Position numbers and translations under genes: made by a program
Source: Octopus vulgaris
Taxonomy: Eukaryota
Reading direction: 5' to 3'
Assembly: GCA_951406725.2 (NCBI GenBank)
Contig: OX597814.1
Location: 203,794,001-203,858,000 of the forward strand
Length of the DNA stretch: 64,000 bases
The notes under the pieces: model-generated
Seen by the model: the letters and a program-made list of their open reading frames with translations, nothing else
Databases searched by the model: none
Told to the model about the DNA's origin: nothing
In this document: positions 49,704-62,512 of the stretch, piece by piece
Layout of the letters: every line of letters starts with the position of its first letter
Position numbering within the stretch: position 1 is the stretch's first letter

Positions 49704-52700
49704 AAAGAGAAATAAACACACACGCACACACATACGATTCTTGATGCAGCTTAGCAGATGCTTTGCTGAAACATCATGGCCATGTTAAAAGATATGAATA
49801 TATGAATAAATCTAATTAATTACTTAGACAAACTTGCATAATCAGTTTCACAAATATCTACATTACTGAAAGTTTCACATGGAAAAAGCATGTTTGGTCA
49901 TTTGGATACAATGATACTGAGTGGTGAGACAACCACAGATTCTTAGCAAGGCTCATTCTTTTTATCGAGTTTGGGTCAAGCAGCTGAACTAATAATTTGA
50001 TAATGCTAGGCATTATAACAATTGCTGAACATCTACTGAATAGGGGGCAACTGATAGGGAACAATTAGCTTTTGTAGCTTTTGTTAGAAATTTCAGTAAA
50101 ATTAATATAGCATTAACAATTAATGGCTGAAATTGACTAACAGAAAACTCCAGGATTAAAGTGACCTGTTGTATGCTACAGATGAGCATGGAGGAGCCAG
50201 GTAATATCCTTGATTTCAATGCTTCTAGATAAACATTTTCATGTGGAGGTTTTGGCACCAGAGAAATGATCTTTCCATAAAAACCTGGAACATTCTCAAT
50301 AAGGCCTTCTCTTACTCTTTGGAGTGTGCAATTGTCACTTTTCTTTCTATAAGACATTGAACATCTGATAACAGTCCAATGAATCTCATAACAAGGGATA
50401 AGAGCTTTCATACTTCTGCCACCAGCAGAGCTCACTATTGATTTTTAAGCTATTGGCTGTTAATACTGTTTTGTGAATGTAACTGAAATAATTTCACTAG
50501 AAATTCTAACAAAAGCAAGAAAGACTACTATCTAATGTGCCAAGTTGTCCCTCAAGCAACAACTGCCAGGCAATCTAGCAATCGTTGAATTATCTTTTCC
50601 ATCTTGTGACCTGAAGTGTTTAATAAATGCAAGCTTTACTCATCATCCAATGACAACCAGTCTTATTTAGAAGTTATGGCTGTCTCACTATTTAGTATTA
50701 TTGTATTCTGAATGGTGAGACGTGAATTTTTACATCTGCTAAACATTTTATCATTGCTAATCTCATTCAGATTAATAGAAACATTTAACCTCCACAACAT
50801 GTAATGGTTGCTCTTTTCTTTTGTTTCAACATCTACCTGTGCGCACACACACACACACACACACATCTGTATAACTCAGTCTATCTTTAACTAATTTCTC
50901 ATTAACATTCCAAGCTAAATTTTTCCCTCTATAATTGCATAAGATTTGGTTTCAAATTAAAAAAATTAAATCCAAACATATTCTTCTATTTGGTGCCAAG
51001 AAATACAGACAATCTTGAGTGGGTGAATGAATAAATACATTTAGCTGATGTAATGGCTATAAATAAACAGGACTATTTATCAAACTATCCAAAATATCAA
51101 CAAAGGAAAACATTTAAGCAGATTTTTAAGAAGGAAGTGAAGTAGTAATATAGGAAAAGTTAGCTTTTATGAAGCTGCTTCATGTATTTAGTATATCAAT
51201 ACTCTAATACTCTAACCAAACACTTAACTATTTAACAATCAAATATGTTTACTATATTTATTATGGCTCATAACATGGAAAACTGTTTATTGTTATCAAC
51301 CTGTGAAACCAAAAGCATACTTCTTTATTCCATTGTACAAAAATTATTCTTCATCCCACACCAAAAAATAGTGATAGTGTTATTGCTTTTAAAATTTTGT
51401 TCTTAACTATATTATATAATCTAAATTATGACTCAGAATTCCAATATTTTTTGAAAATTCTGAATATATAGAGAAAAAAATTTTTTCCCAAATAAATAGT
51501 CAAAGCGAGTTTAGCTTGCATATTCTCGTTTACTCAAAAGTCGACTTTACAATAATGACTGCATTTGCTTTTATCTTTGTGAAAACAGGAAAACATTTTT
51601 ACAGTGACATAATTCTGGTAGCTGAAGGCCATTTCAAACCTACTAGAGCTTCTTATTTCAAAGACAATGTATACAGCTCATAGAAAAACAACTTATTGAC
51701 TAGACATATTTATTGAAATAGTTCAATGAGTATTAGTCTGGTTGTAATCTGAAAACTTTTAACTGATAATTTGACATCAAATGCTTGAAGAACAAAACTG
51801 AGATTGCATTGTAACAGAGAACTTATTAAGAAATGAGAATTAATTACAGATAAAGATAATCAGAAATTCTTTTTGTCAGACCAGACATGGGTTGGATAAG
51901 TCTGATTCACAACACATTTTTATAAATCTTGATATTTTGGCTTGCACCTATCTTGTCTACTCCTGTTTTCCCAATTGGCATGTATCATCAACTCTCAGGC
52001 CTATATTAGGACATATGCCTACTGCCAGTCATTGCAATTCACAACTTAAATATTCAACCAACCAATTTAAACTTATCCACCACTTTCAATGCTCTAATTT
52101 CACCCATAATATATTTCCCTATTGCACACATTAACACATTTTAAAACCTACTTTAAATTTCCATCCTACCCATTCCCACCCTCTCTTCTATGATGTGAGC
52201 CCCTACAATAAAAGACTTGTTCTGTTCTGGTCCCTTCTCTCTCACTTTAACCCTTAATCCCATAGCATAAAGCCACTCTCCTCTCTACTATAACCCCACT
52301 CTGTCTTGTAAGCAGTATAACGACCTCATACTGTCAACAAGCAGAGAAGTGCCTTTCTATCTTCTGCCAGACTCCTAAGAAAGATTGAGATTTGAGGTGA
52401 CTTGTCACTAAAACTCAAAGTGATATCCCTGCTGAAGTAACAAATGATAGATTTACAATAAAAATAGTAATTCTTTTTAATATAGGCATAAGACATGCAA
52501 TTTTGACAGGAGGAGGAGCAAGTTGATTACATTGACCACAGTATTTGACCGGTACTTATTTTATTGACCCTGAAAGGATGAAAAACAAAGTTGATGTAAA
52601 GAGCTAGAAAAAATGCTGTTGAGCATTTTATCCAACTCGTTGCCTTAATAATAATAACAAATATTATTATTATGATTATTATTGTGATTATCATTATCTC

Positions 52701-53386
52701 CTAATATAATAATGGGTGTAGTGTTTATATATATATATGAGTTCAATTTGACGACTCTACTAGAATGGACGAAAGCGCTAATATATGATATATGATTTAT
52801 AAAAACATGTAACATACAAATAAATATCTGTAAATATAAAACCATCCGAATTTCTGAGTACCTCATTTCTTCTAATATAAAATACCTGTACATCATCTCC
52901 AAACCTTCTAATATATATATATTTGTCCAAAATCACATTGAGTAGTATAAGTGAAGGGAGAGGAGAGAAAATAGTAATTCAGTGAAGAAGTAGTGAGAAT
53001 AATAGCCCTGACTGAGAGGGAGTGAGAGAAAGTAATAGCAATGAGAGAGAGGAAGTGGCAAAGAGCGTGTCGTGTATCTTCTGTTTTTCTCTGTCACAAC
53101 ATATGAATGAGAAAAGAAGGGTGATAGATGAATAACAAAAGAAGGGGTGAAAAAGTGAAAATCAGCATTTCAACTGTGTGAGTATATGTGTATGTAAAAG
53201 GATGTATGTGAATGTATGTGTGTGTAATGGAAATGAGATGGTGAACATTCAACCCTGAAAAGAAAAGTCAAACAGCATTTCAACTCTGTGTGAGTATATG
53301 TGAGTGTATGTATGTGCATGCACAAGGGAATTATGTGAATGTTTTCATAATAAAAGAATAAATAATTATTAAAAAATGTTTCTCAC

Positions 53387-53545
53387 TTCTTCTAACTGTT
53401 CAGAATGTTCTCTAAATTTCACTGACAACTCATCCACTTTGTCAGAACTTCCAGCTAATCCATGGATCTTTAATCCCTTTAGTAAATCATGGTCTTCATT
53501 AACCTTGAATAATTCCGATGCTTGGTCCATTGTGGTGTCTTGTAG
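53387..53545 (-). CDS. CTNNAL1: Alpha-catulin exon
   Basis: ttgctcacctcag| LQDTTMDQASELFKVNEDHDLLKGLKIHGLAGSSDKVDELSVKFREHSEQLEE |gtgaga; 159 nt. Confidence 0.92.
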
Positions 53546-54109
53546 CTGAGGTGAGCAAATAAAGGAAATATAAAAATAAACATTTGAAGAACAGATTCAT
53601 ATTTAAGAATTTTTTTTCATCATCAATTTACTAAAATAACTAAACCAACAAGAAGCATTAAATTGTGGTCTAAAACATTTGAGGAGTCTATTTTCTCCAA
53701 ATTTTGATTCTATTTCTTAACATTTTAGATATGATATAGGCAGCTCATAAACATAATAAAATATTGATAAACTGTCTGTATTAATAGAAGATTATGCTGA
53801 AATATTTGAAACTGAATGGCTGCTGCTTCAAAAATATCTTCTATTCTACAATCTACTCCAGTTGGTTCAATGGTTCTCTGCTTTGATGAAATAAAAGCAT
53901 TTATTTCAGTATCAGTCTCAGGTATAGATATGAGATTAACATGATTATGGCAGTTATTATAGATATAAACAGCATGTACTGACTGCTCGATTTGCTAATT
54001 TAGGTATGACTGCCATTACCGAGAAGTCAGCTCAAACATTGTCCAATATTCTTCATGCCAAACCATTTTTCTTGTAAATTGTCACAACCCACACACTCTC
54101 TCTCTTTCT

Positions 54110-54506
54110 CTTTACTCTTTTACTTGTTTCAGTCATTTGACTGCGGCCATGCTGGAGCACCGCCTTTAATCGAGCAACTCAACCCCGGGACTTATTCTTT
54201 TGTAAGCCCAGTACTTATTCTATCGGTCTCTTTTGCTGAACCGCTAAGTTACGGAGACGTAAACACACCAGCATCGGTTGTCAAGCAATGCTAGGGGGAC
54301 AAACACAGACACACAAACACGCATATATATATATACATATATACGACGGGCTTCTTTCAGTTTCCATTTACCAAATCCACTCACAAAGCTTTGGTCAGCC
54401 CGAGGCAATAGTAGAAGACACTTGCCCAAGGTGCCATGCAGTGGGACTGAACCCGGAATCATGTGGTTGGTAAACAAGCTACTTACCATACAGCCACTCC
54501 TGCACC
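54110..54506 (-). mobile_element. Young SINE family A copy
   Basis: Near-full similarity to 976-1342 and 26670-27051. Confidence 0.88.
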
Positions 54507-55389
54507 TATTCTTTATTTACTTCCCATACCTTAGCATGTTTCCCACAGGTATCTTATATTATCAACCTTTTTGTTACTGCCAAAAGAACCAAATCTATTT
54601 ACAACTTCCTAAATTTCTTGAGCATTTCATCATCTTTATTGCATACTTGTCTTTGCTACCAAATACTTCTGTTTAGCTAAACTTATGGTTCTTGGTCTGT
54701 CTATTTAAAGATTCCCTTTCCTTTGTTGAGAAACCATTATCTGCAATGATTAAACAACAGTGACTTCCTAACTGCTTCTTTCCAACATATTGAGCAAAAC
54801 CACATTCTTAACAGGTTTGGTCTTTCTATTCTAGCAGTTTAGCTTTTACCATATTTTTAAGCTCTTTGACTCGTCCATTCTATGCTTTGAATTTTTCAAA
54901 AGCCTGTCATCAGATTCGGCCACAAGAACTAGCTCTGTAACAAGAAAAACTAGTCTTGACTTACAAACTGTCTTTCGAATAACCACAAAGACATGACAGA
55001 TAAAGCAGTGCCTTGGTGCACAACAACCTCTAAGCTAAATTCTACCTAGAACTTATTGTCAATTCAGACCGTTTACACAATCATGATTTCAAAGTTCACC
55101 AAACTATAGAACATGGGTTTCTAGCAAAAGCTCCATGTGGCAAATTTCAATTTAACCTGATAATTTCTTTTGAAATTTCAATTTAACCTAATAATTTCAC
55201 TAGAAACAGCACATTTGATCTTTTACCTGGATACAAATCAAAACTGCAGTCTTATACAAGGTGGGCCAAGAATCACAAAGCATAAAAATGCAGTTTGTGC
55301 AACAACTGAAGCCACCAGATTACAATATACAGACTTCTTGACTTTTGGCTCACTCATTATAACCTAGCCGGCTCAAACTTTGATCCCAT

Positions 55390-55451
55390 TTTCTTAATTA
55401 TTTGTATCAGCTTGAAGCCTTTTCTTAATTATTTGTATCAGCTTGAAGCCT
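55390..55451. repeat. Perfect 31-bp tandem duplication
   Basis: tttcttaattatttgtatcagcttgaagcct x2. Confidence 0.95.
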
Positions 55452-57118
55452 CGTCATATTCTCTCTGCTACATTACAAGTGTATTACAGATGAAATCTTA
55501 TTCTTTCAGCATCTTAGAAACTATCATCCAGATATTTCTTGTAGCATACACTGCCATCATGACTGTAGTTGTCAAATCTCTATAGCTGACTTTTATAGTG
55601 TTTTTTTTTTTGTGTGTTTTTGAGAGAGAAGGAGCCATCCTGAGTATATTGTATCTCATGGTAATCCTTTCCTTACTCTTCTAGTTCCCCATCATCAACA
55701 GCAACTGTGTGTATGTGTGTCATTTCAAATACACTTCTTCCCTAATTATATTCTTATTTATACAAGCAGAAGTTTTGCAAATTCAAATATTTTATGCCCC
55801 CTCAACTTCCTGAGACAAAACATCAACAAAAACCCTTATCACTATGTCTCTCCCAGTCATATAAACCAATTATTTAGCTTCATACCCAGCCTTCACATAG
55901 TCTACTTTGCTCCCTGCTTCTTCTCATTCCTGTTCTTTTGCATTACAAATTGAGAAGAATAAACTAAAAGACAATAAGACAATCTAATGGTTTCCTATTT
56001 CATGGCAAGATATTAAGATTCTTCTTCCTAAACACTGTAACTCAATAAAACTGAAGATGCCATTGTCAAAGTAAATTGCTAAATTCATAACCCAGCAGCA
56101 CTGATGTTAAGTATCAAAGTTAGGAGAGCAACTCTTTCACATTACTGTCAAGCAGCTTGCGATAGCTGGAGATAATCCATTAGAACATCTAATATCAAAC
56201 AGCTGTAGACACAGGCATGGCTGTATGGTTAAGAAGCTCACTTCCCAATCATGTGGTCTTGGGTTCAGTCTCACAGCATGGCATCATTGGCAAGTGTCTT
56301 CAACCAAAGCCCTGGGAGGAGATTTGATAGACAGGAACTGAAAAGAAGCCTCCCTGTGTGTGTGCGTCTGCCTGAACATATGTGCATGCACCCTTATTTA
56401 GGCATCACATGATCATTGTAAATGAGCATCCACATCATATAAGCAATGCTTTTCGTTTTCAGTCTTCCATGAAAAACATGCCTGGCCATGAGGAAATATT
56501 ACCTTAGTTAGAAATAGGCATCAGGGAAGGCAGGGCACCTAGTCAGAGAAAAATCTGCCTCAACAAATTTCATCTGACTTGTGCAAGCAAGGAGAAATGG
56601 ACTGATGATGATGATATGTAGAAAGTCTTAGAAACGCTGACATTAGGACAACAGATGTAATGTTGGATGAATGAAAATATAACTGCCAAATGTTGATATG
56701 ATGGAAAATGTCTAAGTTATAAAGTACAGAGTTAGAAATACCAAAAATAGCAAATGTGTTTGAAATGTTAAGTTTGAAGCATTAAACAGTAGTTCTTTAC
56801 ATAGGATTACTTTGTATGGAATCTTAACAGTGTAATAAAATAAAATAGTAGGTATATTTAGTAATCCATTCACCAATAAGAACTGAAACCTTTTGATTTA
56901 AATATCTCACAAGTTTATTTTATCAAAGGTTTCCATTCCTTGTTTTACCAAATTTCTAATCCCCACACAAACATCTCCCAATAGTTATTTTATTTCTATA
57001 TTTCATACACTTACTTTTCCAATATGCTATACTAACCAAATCTTTCTCATAAAATATCTTTGGTTATTAAATCAGAATAAAGGTTCCACAGAGAAAATAT
57101 TAGGACTAAAAACTCCTC

Positions 57119-57378
57119 TGTGCTGGTGGCACGTTAAAAGCTCCAACCGATCGTAGCCGATGCCAGACCCCCCCCCCTGGCACCTGTGCAGGTGGCACGT
57201 AAAAAGCACCCACTACACTCGCGGAGTGGTTGGCGTTAGGAAGGGCATCCAGCTGTAGAAACTCTGCCAGATCAGACTGGAGCCTGGTGCAGCCCCTGGC
57301 TTCCCAGACCCCGGTCGAACCATCCAACCCGTGCTAGCGCGGAAAACGGACGTTAAATGATGATGGTGATGATGATGA
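57119..57378 (+). mobile_element. Young RTE-3'UTR-derived repeat
   Basis: CpG-rich copy ending GGACGTTAAATGATGATG. Opposite-strand copies at ~58850-59100 and ~63832-64000. Confidence 0.8.
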
Positions 57379-59384
57379 TTGAGTAAAGAGATTTCTTGTA
57401 GCCTGAACAAATCGATGTAGGAACAAAGCCTTAAATTTTGCTCCACATTAAACACAGGAAGATCACAGATTGCTTCTTTGATCAAATGAGCAGACTTGTT
57501 CCAGTTACTAAATAACAGACATTCATCAGATGTCATGGACAAATTCATAGAACCTAATAATTCTTTAACAAAAGCACAATAAGGACTAACATAAGGTTTG
57601 ATTGCCAAAAGAAGTCACTACCACAACAGAGTAACTGGCTTATCGCAGTTACAGAATTATTATCAATTTGTAGAAAAAATTTTTTCTGGTATTCTTATGT
57701 TTAGAACCAAAGTATTTAAGAATCATTTGGTAGTTTGCTATCAGAAAAAAAAAAAAGACACAGATGCAACATCAACAAAAAGTAATTTGTAGCTTGCATC
57801 CCAAATACATGGTTTTAGGTTCAGTGTCATTGCATGGCACCTTGGACAAATATCTTCTGTAGCCCAAGGTCAACTTCAGCCTTGTGAGTGAATGCCATAG
57901 ATGAAAACTGCAAACCAAAATAAGCCTAGATGTGTGTGAGTTGGAGAGAGAGAGAGAGAAAACCAATGTTTGTGTCTTCTTGTCTTGACATCGAATGAGA
58001 GATATAAATGAGTGTCACTGTTATACAATGTCATTCATTTCTAATATTCTATAAAAACATGTTTAGTTCTGGGGAAATATTACTCCCTTTGGAACTGCTG
58101 AGGAGGACTGGTGACAGGAAAAGCACCCAACTCTATAGAATCTGCCTCAGACTCCATCCAGCCCATGCAAGCACAGAAAAGTGGATGTTAAAATGGTGAT
58201 GATGAATTTGTTTAGAGAGAATTTACATTATTTCTAAGACAGAAATAATAACTATTATTCTGTCTGACAGGTTTCAAGTTTTAATTATCAGATATAGAAA
58301 ACAATTGTCAGAGATTAGAATGAGAGAAGACTTCCTGTATAGTCTCTTTCTCTCCTTCTAAGCCATAACTTATGTCTTGTGCAAGTGAATATTTAATCTT
58401 TCTCCTCAACACAATGAAGACCCACTATCAGTTATTGTGTAAATATTATGTCAATCATTGTAAAATACTATTGGCATGTCACACAAAGCAACAACTTACT
58501 TTCATGTTCCAAACAAAAACACTTGTGTCATCCAATCAGCAATTATTTTTGAAAAATGAAGCCAAACTAAACAATATTTCTCTAATTTATTTTGTCTTCA
58601 AGTGCAAACTCTTTTATAAACTGCAATACTTCTTTCAACAACAGTCATTGTTCAGCTAATTTACATTCACTGCTAGCTTCAAGTGAGATTCAGCTTATAT
58701 AAAAGGAGATATAAGTATAAATATAATTAAATTTTTCACAGTGAAAGTGAATATATATTTTTTTTATTTAATGTTTTCTACAAGAAGCAATAATAGCAGC
58801 AGCAATCCTTTCTACTGTAGGCAAGCCTGAAATTTGGAATGAGGGGAATATCATCATCATTGTTTAACGCCTGCTTTCCATGCTGGCATGGGTTGGGCGG
58901 TTTAACTGAGGACTGGCAAACCAGATGGCTCCCCAGGCTTCAATCTGATCTGGCAGAGTTTCTACAGCTTGATGCCCTTCCTAATGCCAACCACTCCGAG
59001 AGTGTAGTGGGTGCTTTTACATGCCGCCGGCACAAGGGCCAGTCAAGTGGTACTGGTAATGGCCATGCTCAAACGGTGTTTTTACATGTCACCTGCACAG
59101 GAGCCACGGAGCTGAGTGGTACTTATTTCAACGATCCTGAAAGGATAAAAAGCCGAAGTCGACCTTGGCAATATTTGGACTGTAAAACTAGAAGAAATAT
59201 TACTAAGTTAATACTACTAATACTACTACTATTATGTCCTTAATGATAATAATGAGCTTATGGTTACTTTGTGTTTAGACTTGGAAATGGTCACTTTGTG
59301 TAAAAATCAAACAAGTTATGTAAATTTTCTCAGGTAATTATTCAGATTTTAGTTAACAAACAAAAATTTTGCAAATCATCTCAC

Positions 59385-59471
59385 CTGTTTATGAAGAACC
59401 TTTGATGCTTCAATTGTTTTAAGAATTGCAGTTTCTAACTCTTGACTTGATGACGCAGTTTCTTTCTGATC
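59385..59471 (-). CDS. CTNNAL1: Alpha-catulin exon (most 5' exon found; the gene continues beyond the window)
   Basis: tctctgttttccag| DQKETASSSQELETAILKTIEASKVLHKQ |gtgaga; matches the catulin ELE.AILK motif. Confidence 0.88.
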
Positions 59472-61599
59472 CTGGAAAACAGAGACAAAAAAAAAAAAGA
59501 TTTAAAAATCTGTCCTAAACAGAATAATGTAATCAAAAAATATATGCATAGCCTTTAATCATTTCAGTTCATTTAACTGTTTTGATGCTAACGTGTTTGA
59601 GATCACTCTGGATCTAGGATGCAAATTTGCCATTTTAATGTCACAAATTCCATCAAAATTTCATTCTATGTTCCAAGACACCAGCTTAAAAAAATAAATC
59701 TATTTTACTAATTTCTTTATGATTTTCAAAATGAATTGAAACTTAGGAAGAGTGTTTCAACAGAACCATGGAAATAAAAGGGTTAAATCAGAATCTATCA
59801 CAAAGTGGTTGATGATAGAATTAGTATTTCATGGTACTTGAATTAAATCAGTAGTTCTTGTTGTTCTTTGGCTCCAAAGAAGTGTTACCTAAGTAGACCC
59901 TATGATCAAAAGCATTCCAGCAATGACCATTACTGTGTATTTCTTAAATACTGTATCTGTGACTACTTAATTGAATATTTCCTTCTTTTTCAGGTCAGTT
60001 GTTTTAGGCATCCATCACAATTCTATTCACATGTACAATGTTCTATAAAAGTATTAAATCAGCCTGACTTTTTGATAAGCAGGGTGTGGTTTGAGGGAGA
60101 TTCGGTTGCTATTTCTGGCAGATTGGCTTCAAAGGTTACCATTGATGTTAATACTTTAAATGTCTTACAAATTTTATAAATAAAATTTTCAAATAATATT
60201 GAATTGTTGTTGAATATACAATATTTTTAACTCCTAAAACCTGTAACATATCCATCCATACACATGATAGTTTTTGGCAAACCGACCACTGCTGCTGCTG
60301 CTGTCATCTTCACTGAGAAGTTGACTATTGCCACTTCTGGCTGACCAGTATTACTATTGTGTCAATAGCAAGCTTACATCCACTTGAGCTATAGTTACCC
60401 TTTGGCCCAGTTCTCATGGTCCTTAAGGCTGAATTGATTCTTTCTGTTTCAATTGATTCTCATGTGTAACTAACAAGGAAAGCTTCCACTTGAAATTAGA
60501 CACAGAACCATAAACCTCCAACAGCTGCATTCTTTCTCAGGTTTGTAGTGTTGACAAGAAATGTTGGATGAAAATAATTATTGATATATGCTAAACAGAC
60601 ATTATTTGCTTAAGTCTTAATATTGTTGATTCTACTGATTACCTAATTATGTTTTTTTTCACTGGTGGTGGTCTAGACTGAATACATTTGCTTTTCATAA
60701 ATCATTTATTTTTTTCTACGTTTATTTGAGATATTTTGTTTTTTATTGTATAATATCGAAGTGTTTTGCTGTTCTGTGTCTTTAGTTAACCAAGTTTAGT
60801 TTTTACTATTTAAGGCAGTGAATTGGTAAAGTCAGTAGAGTGTTTTATAAACAGCCTCATGGTATTTATTCCAACACTGCTGCACTGAGTTCAAATCACA
60901 CCAAGGACAACTTTGCTTTTTCAATTTGTCAGGGTCAATACTCCAAAAGGATGAAAGTACCATTCCAGGATGGTGAATTCAAGGAATTGTTAGTGTTGGA
61001 CATGATCCCTTCCAGGATGTGTTCTGGCCCTGTACATTCTGGGTTTAAATCACTGAAAAATGGTGACACTTATGTTAGGAGCAGCAACCAACAGATCATC
61101 ATCATTTAACATTTGTTTTTCAAGGTGGCATGGGTTTGGATGGTCCAACACAATCTGGCAAGCTGCAGGGCTGTGCCTAGCTCTAGAGTCAGCTCTGGCA
61201 TAGTTTCTACTTTTGAATGGCCTTCCTTTACAGAGAGTACTGAGGTTACCAAATAACTTGCAAGGCAGAAAAGTATCAGGTGGAGAAGGGCCATCAAAAT
61301 GTTATCAAGCAATTTGAAAAACCAATAGAAACATAGTTTTATTGATTCAATCTGAGGATTATCTACCACCACCTACTACCATCATGTAGTTAGAGATATG
61401 CCTTTTTATGTTGGTCTTGTGTCTGTACATCTATATACTAATTCAAAGTATAAACTGATATTTGCATTATTAATGAAGTGACCAAAGAGAGACATTCCTC
61501 ATTCTGCTGTTGATATTTTGCTTCTTTATGAGGTAATTAAAAATGAACTTGGGTAGGTATTTTATTTTTCGAGATCAAATTCACTAATACTATTCGAAA

Positions 61600-62250
61600 T
61601 AACAGCTCCCGATTTTGGTACAAGGCCAAAAACTTTGAAGTGAAGGACTTAGTCAAAACCGTCAATTCCAGTACTGAACTGGTGCTTTATATTATTGACT
61701 CCAAAAGGATAAGAGGAAAAGTTGACCGTAGCCAGTTTTGAGCTAAAACAGAGCTAGAAGAAATATTGGTCCCAATTTTTGGCACAAAGCTAACAATTTT
61801 GGGGAAGGGATTAAGATGATTACATTGGCCCCAGTCCTCAACTGGTACTTTTTTTTTATATAGACCCTGAAAGGATGAAAGGCAAAGTTGACCTGAGCAG
61901 AACTTGAATTCAGAATGTAAAAATGGATGAACTACTGCTAAGCATTTTGCCTGCTGTGCTAACGATTCTACCAGCTCATTACCTTACAGGCATTTTATAG
62001 CAGGTTTTAAGAATTCTGCCAATTCACTTCTGTGTTTCTACATTAGGCATAAAACCTGAAATTTGGGGTGAGGGGGATCAGTTGATTAAATCATCCCCAG
62101 TAAATTGACTGGTGCTTTATTTTGACACCCAAAGGATGAAAAGCAAATTTAACCTCACTGAGATTTGAAACCAGAATGTAAAGAATTGGAAGAAATACTG
62201 CAAGGCATTTTGTCTGATGCTCTAATGATTCTGCCAGCTAACTGCCCGCT
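61600..62250 (-). mobile_element. Tandem cluster of SINE family B fragments
   Basis: Repeated ctggtactt...gacc...aaaggatgaaa.gcaaag units. Confidence 0.7.
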
Positions 62251-62282
62251 ACAAAATGAAAATATGAACCAATACATCTGAT

Positions 62283-62512
62283 TTACATTATTTACAATTG
62301 ATGGATATATGTTCTCATCTTCTTTGTTGTTAACACAACGTTTCGGCTGATATACCCTCCAGCCTTCATCAGGTGTCTTGGGGAAATTTCGAACCTGGGT
62401 TCTCATTCCTAAGGTATTTTTTAAATATTATTATTATTATTATTATTCAGGTCACTGCCTGAATAATAATATCTGTCTAATGTAAATAATTCCTCATCTC
62501 TTAAATATAGAA
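62283..62512 (-). mobile_element. Penelope-type insert with a short inverted terminal segment and a 13-bp TSD
   Basis: caatacatctgat is duplicated at 62270-62282 and 62513-62525. atttacatta and taatgtaaat are inverted, and the insert contains a hammerhead motif. Confidence 0.75.
62332..62377 (-). ncRNA. Minimal type-I hammerhead ribozyme motif
   Basis: GACAC-CUGAUGA-A-GGCUG(GAGGGUAUAU)CAGCC-GAAA-CGUU-GUGUU. Stem I is GACAC/GUGUU, stem II has 5 bp, and stem III is the palindrome AACGUU. Confidence 0.8.

Noticed and set aside
49900-50450. 140-aa ORF (50013-50435, -) as a nested gene
   Set aside because: No recognisable domain or splice context. The opposite strand shows faint LINE-like remnants (KTPGL, ITIAE), too decayed to call.
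12307-59471. Alpha-catenin or vinculin assignment
   Set aside because: The SLPRPG-KHG linker, EQAKIAKLGL and YLFTRGEGPLKT are catulin-type. There is no vinculin proline-rich linker, and alpha-catenin has FTRGKGPLK.
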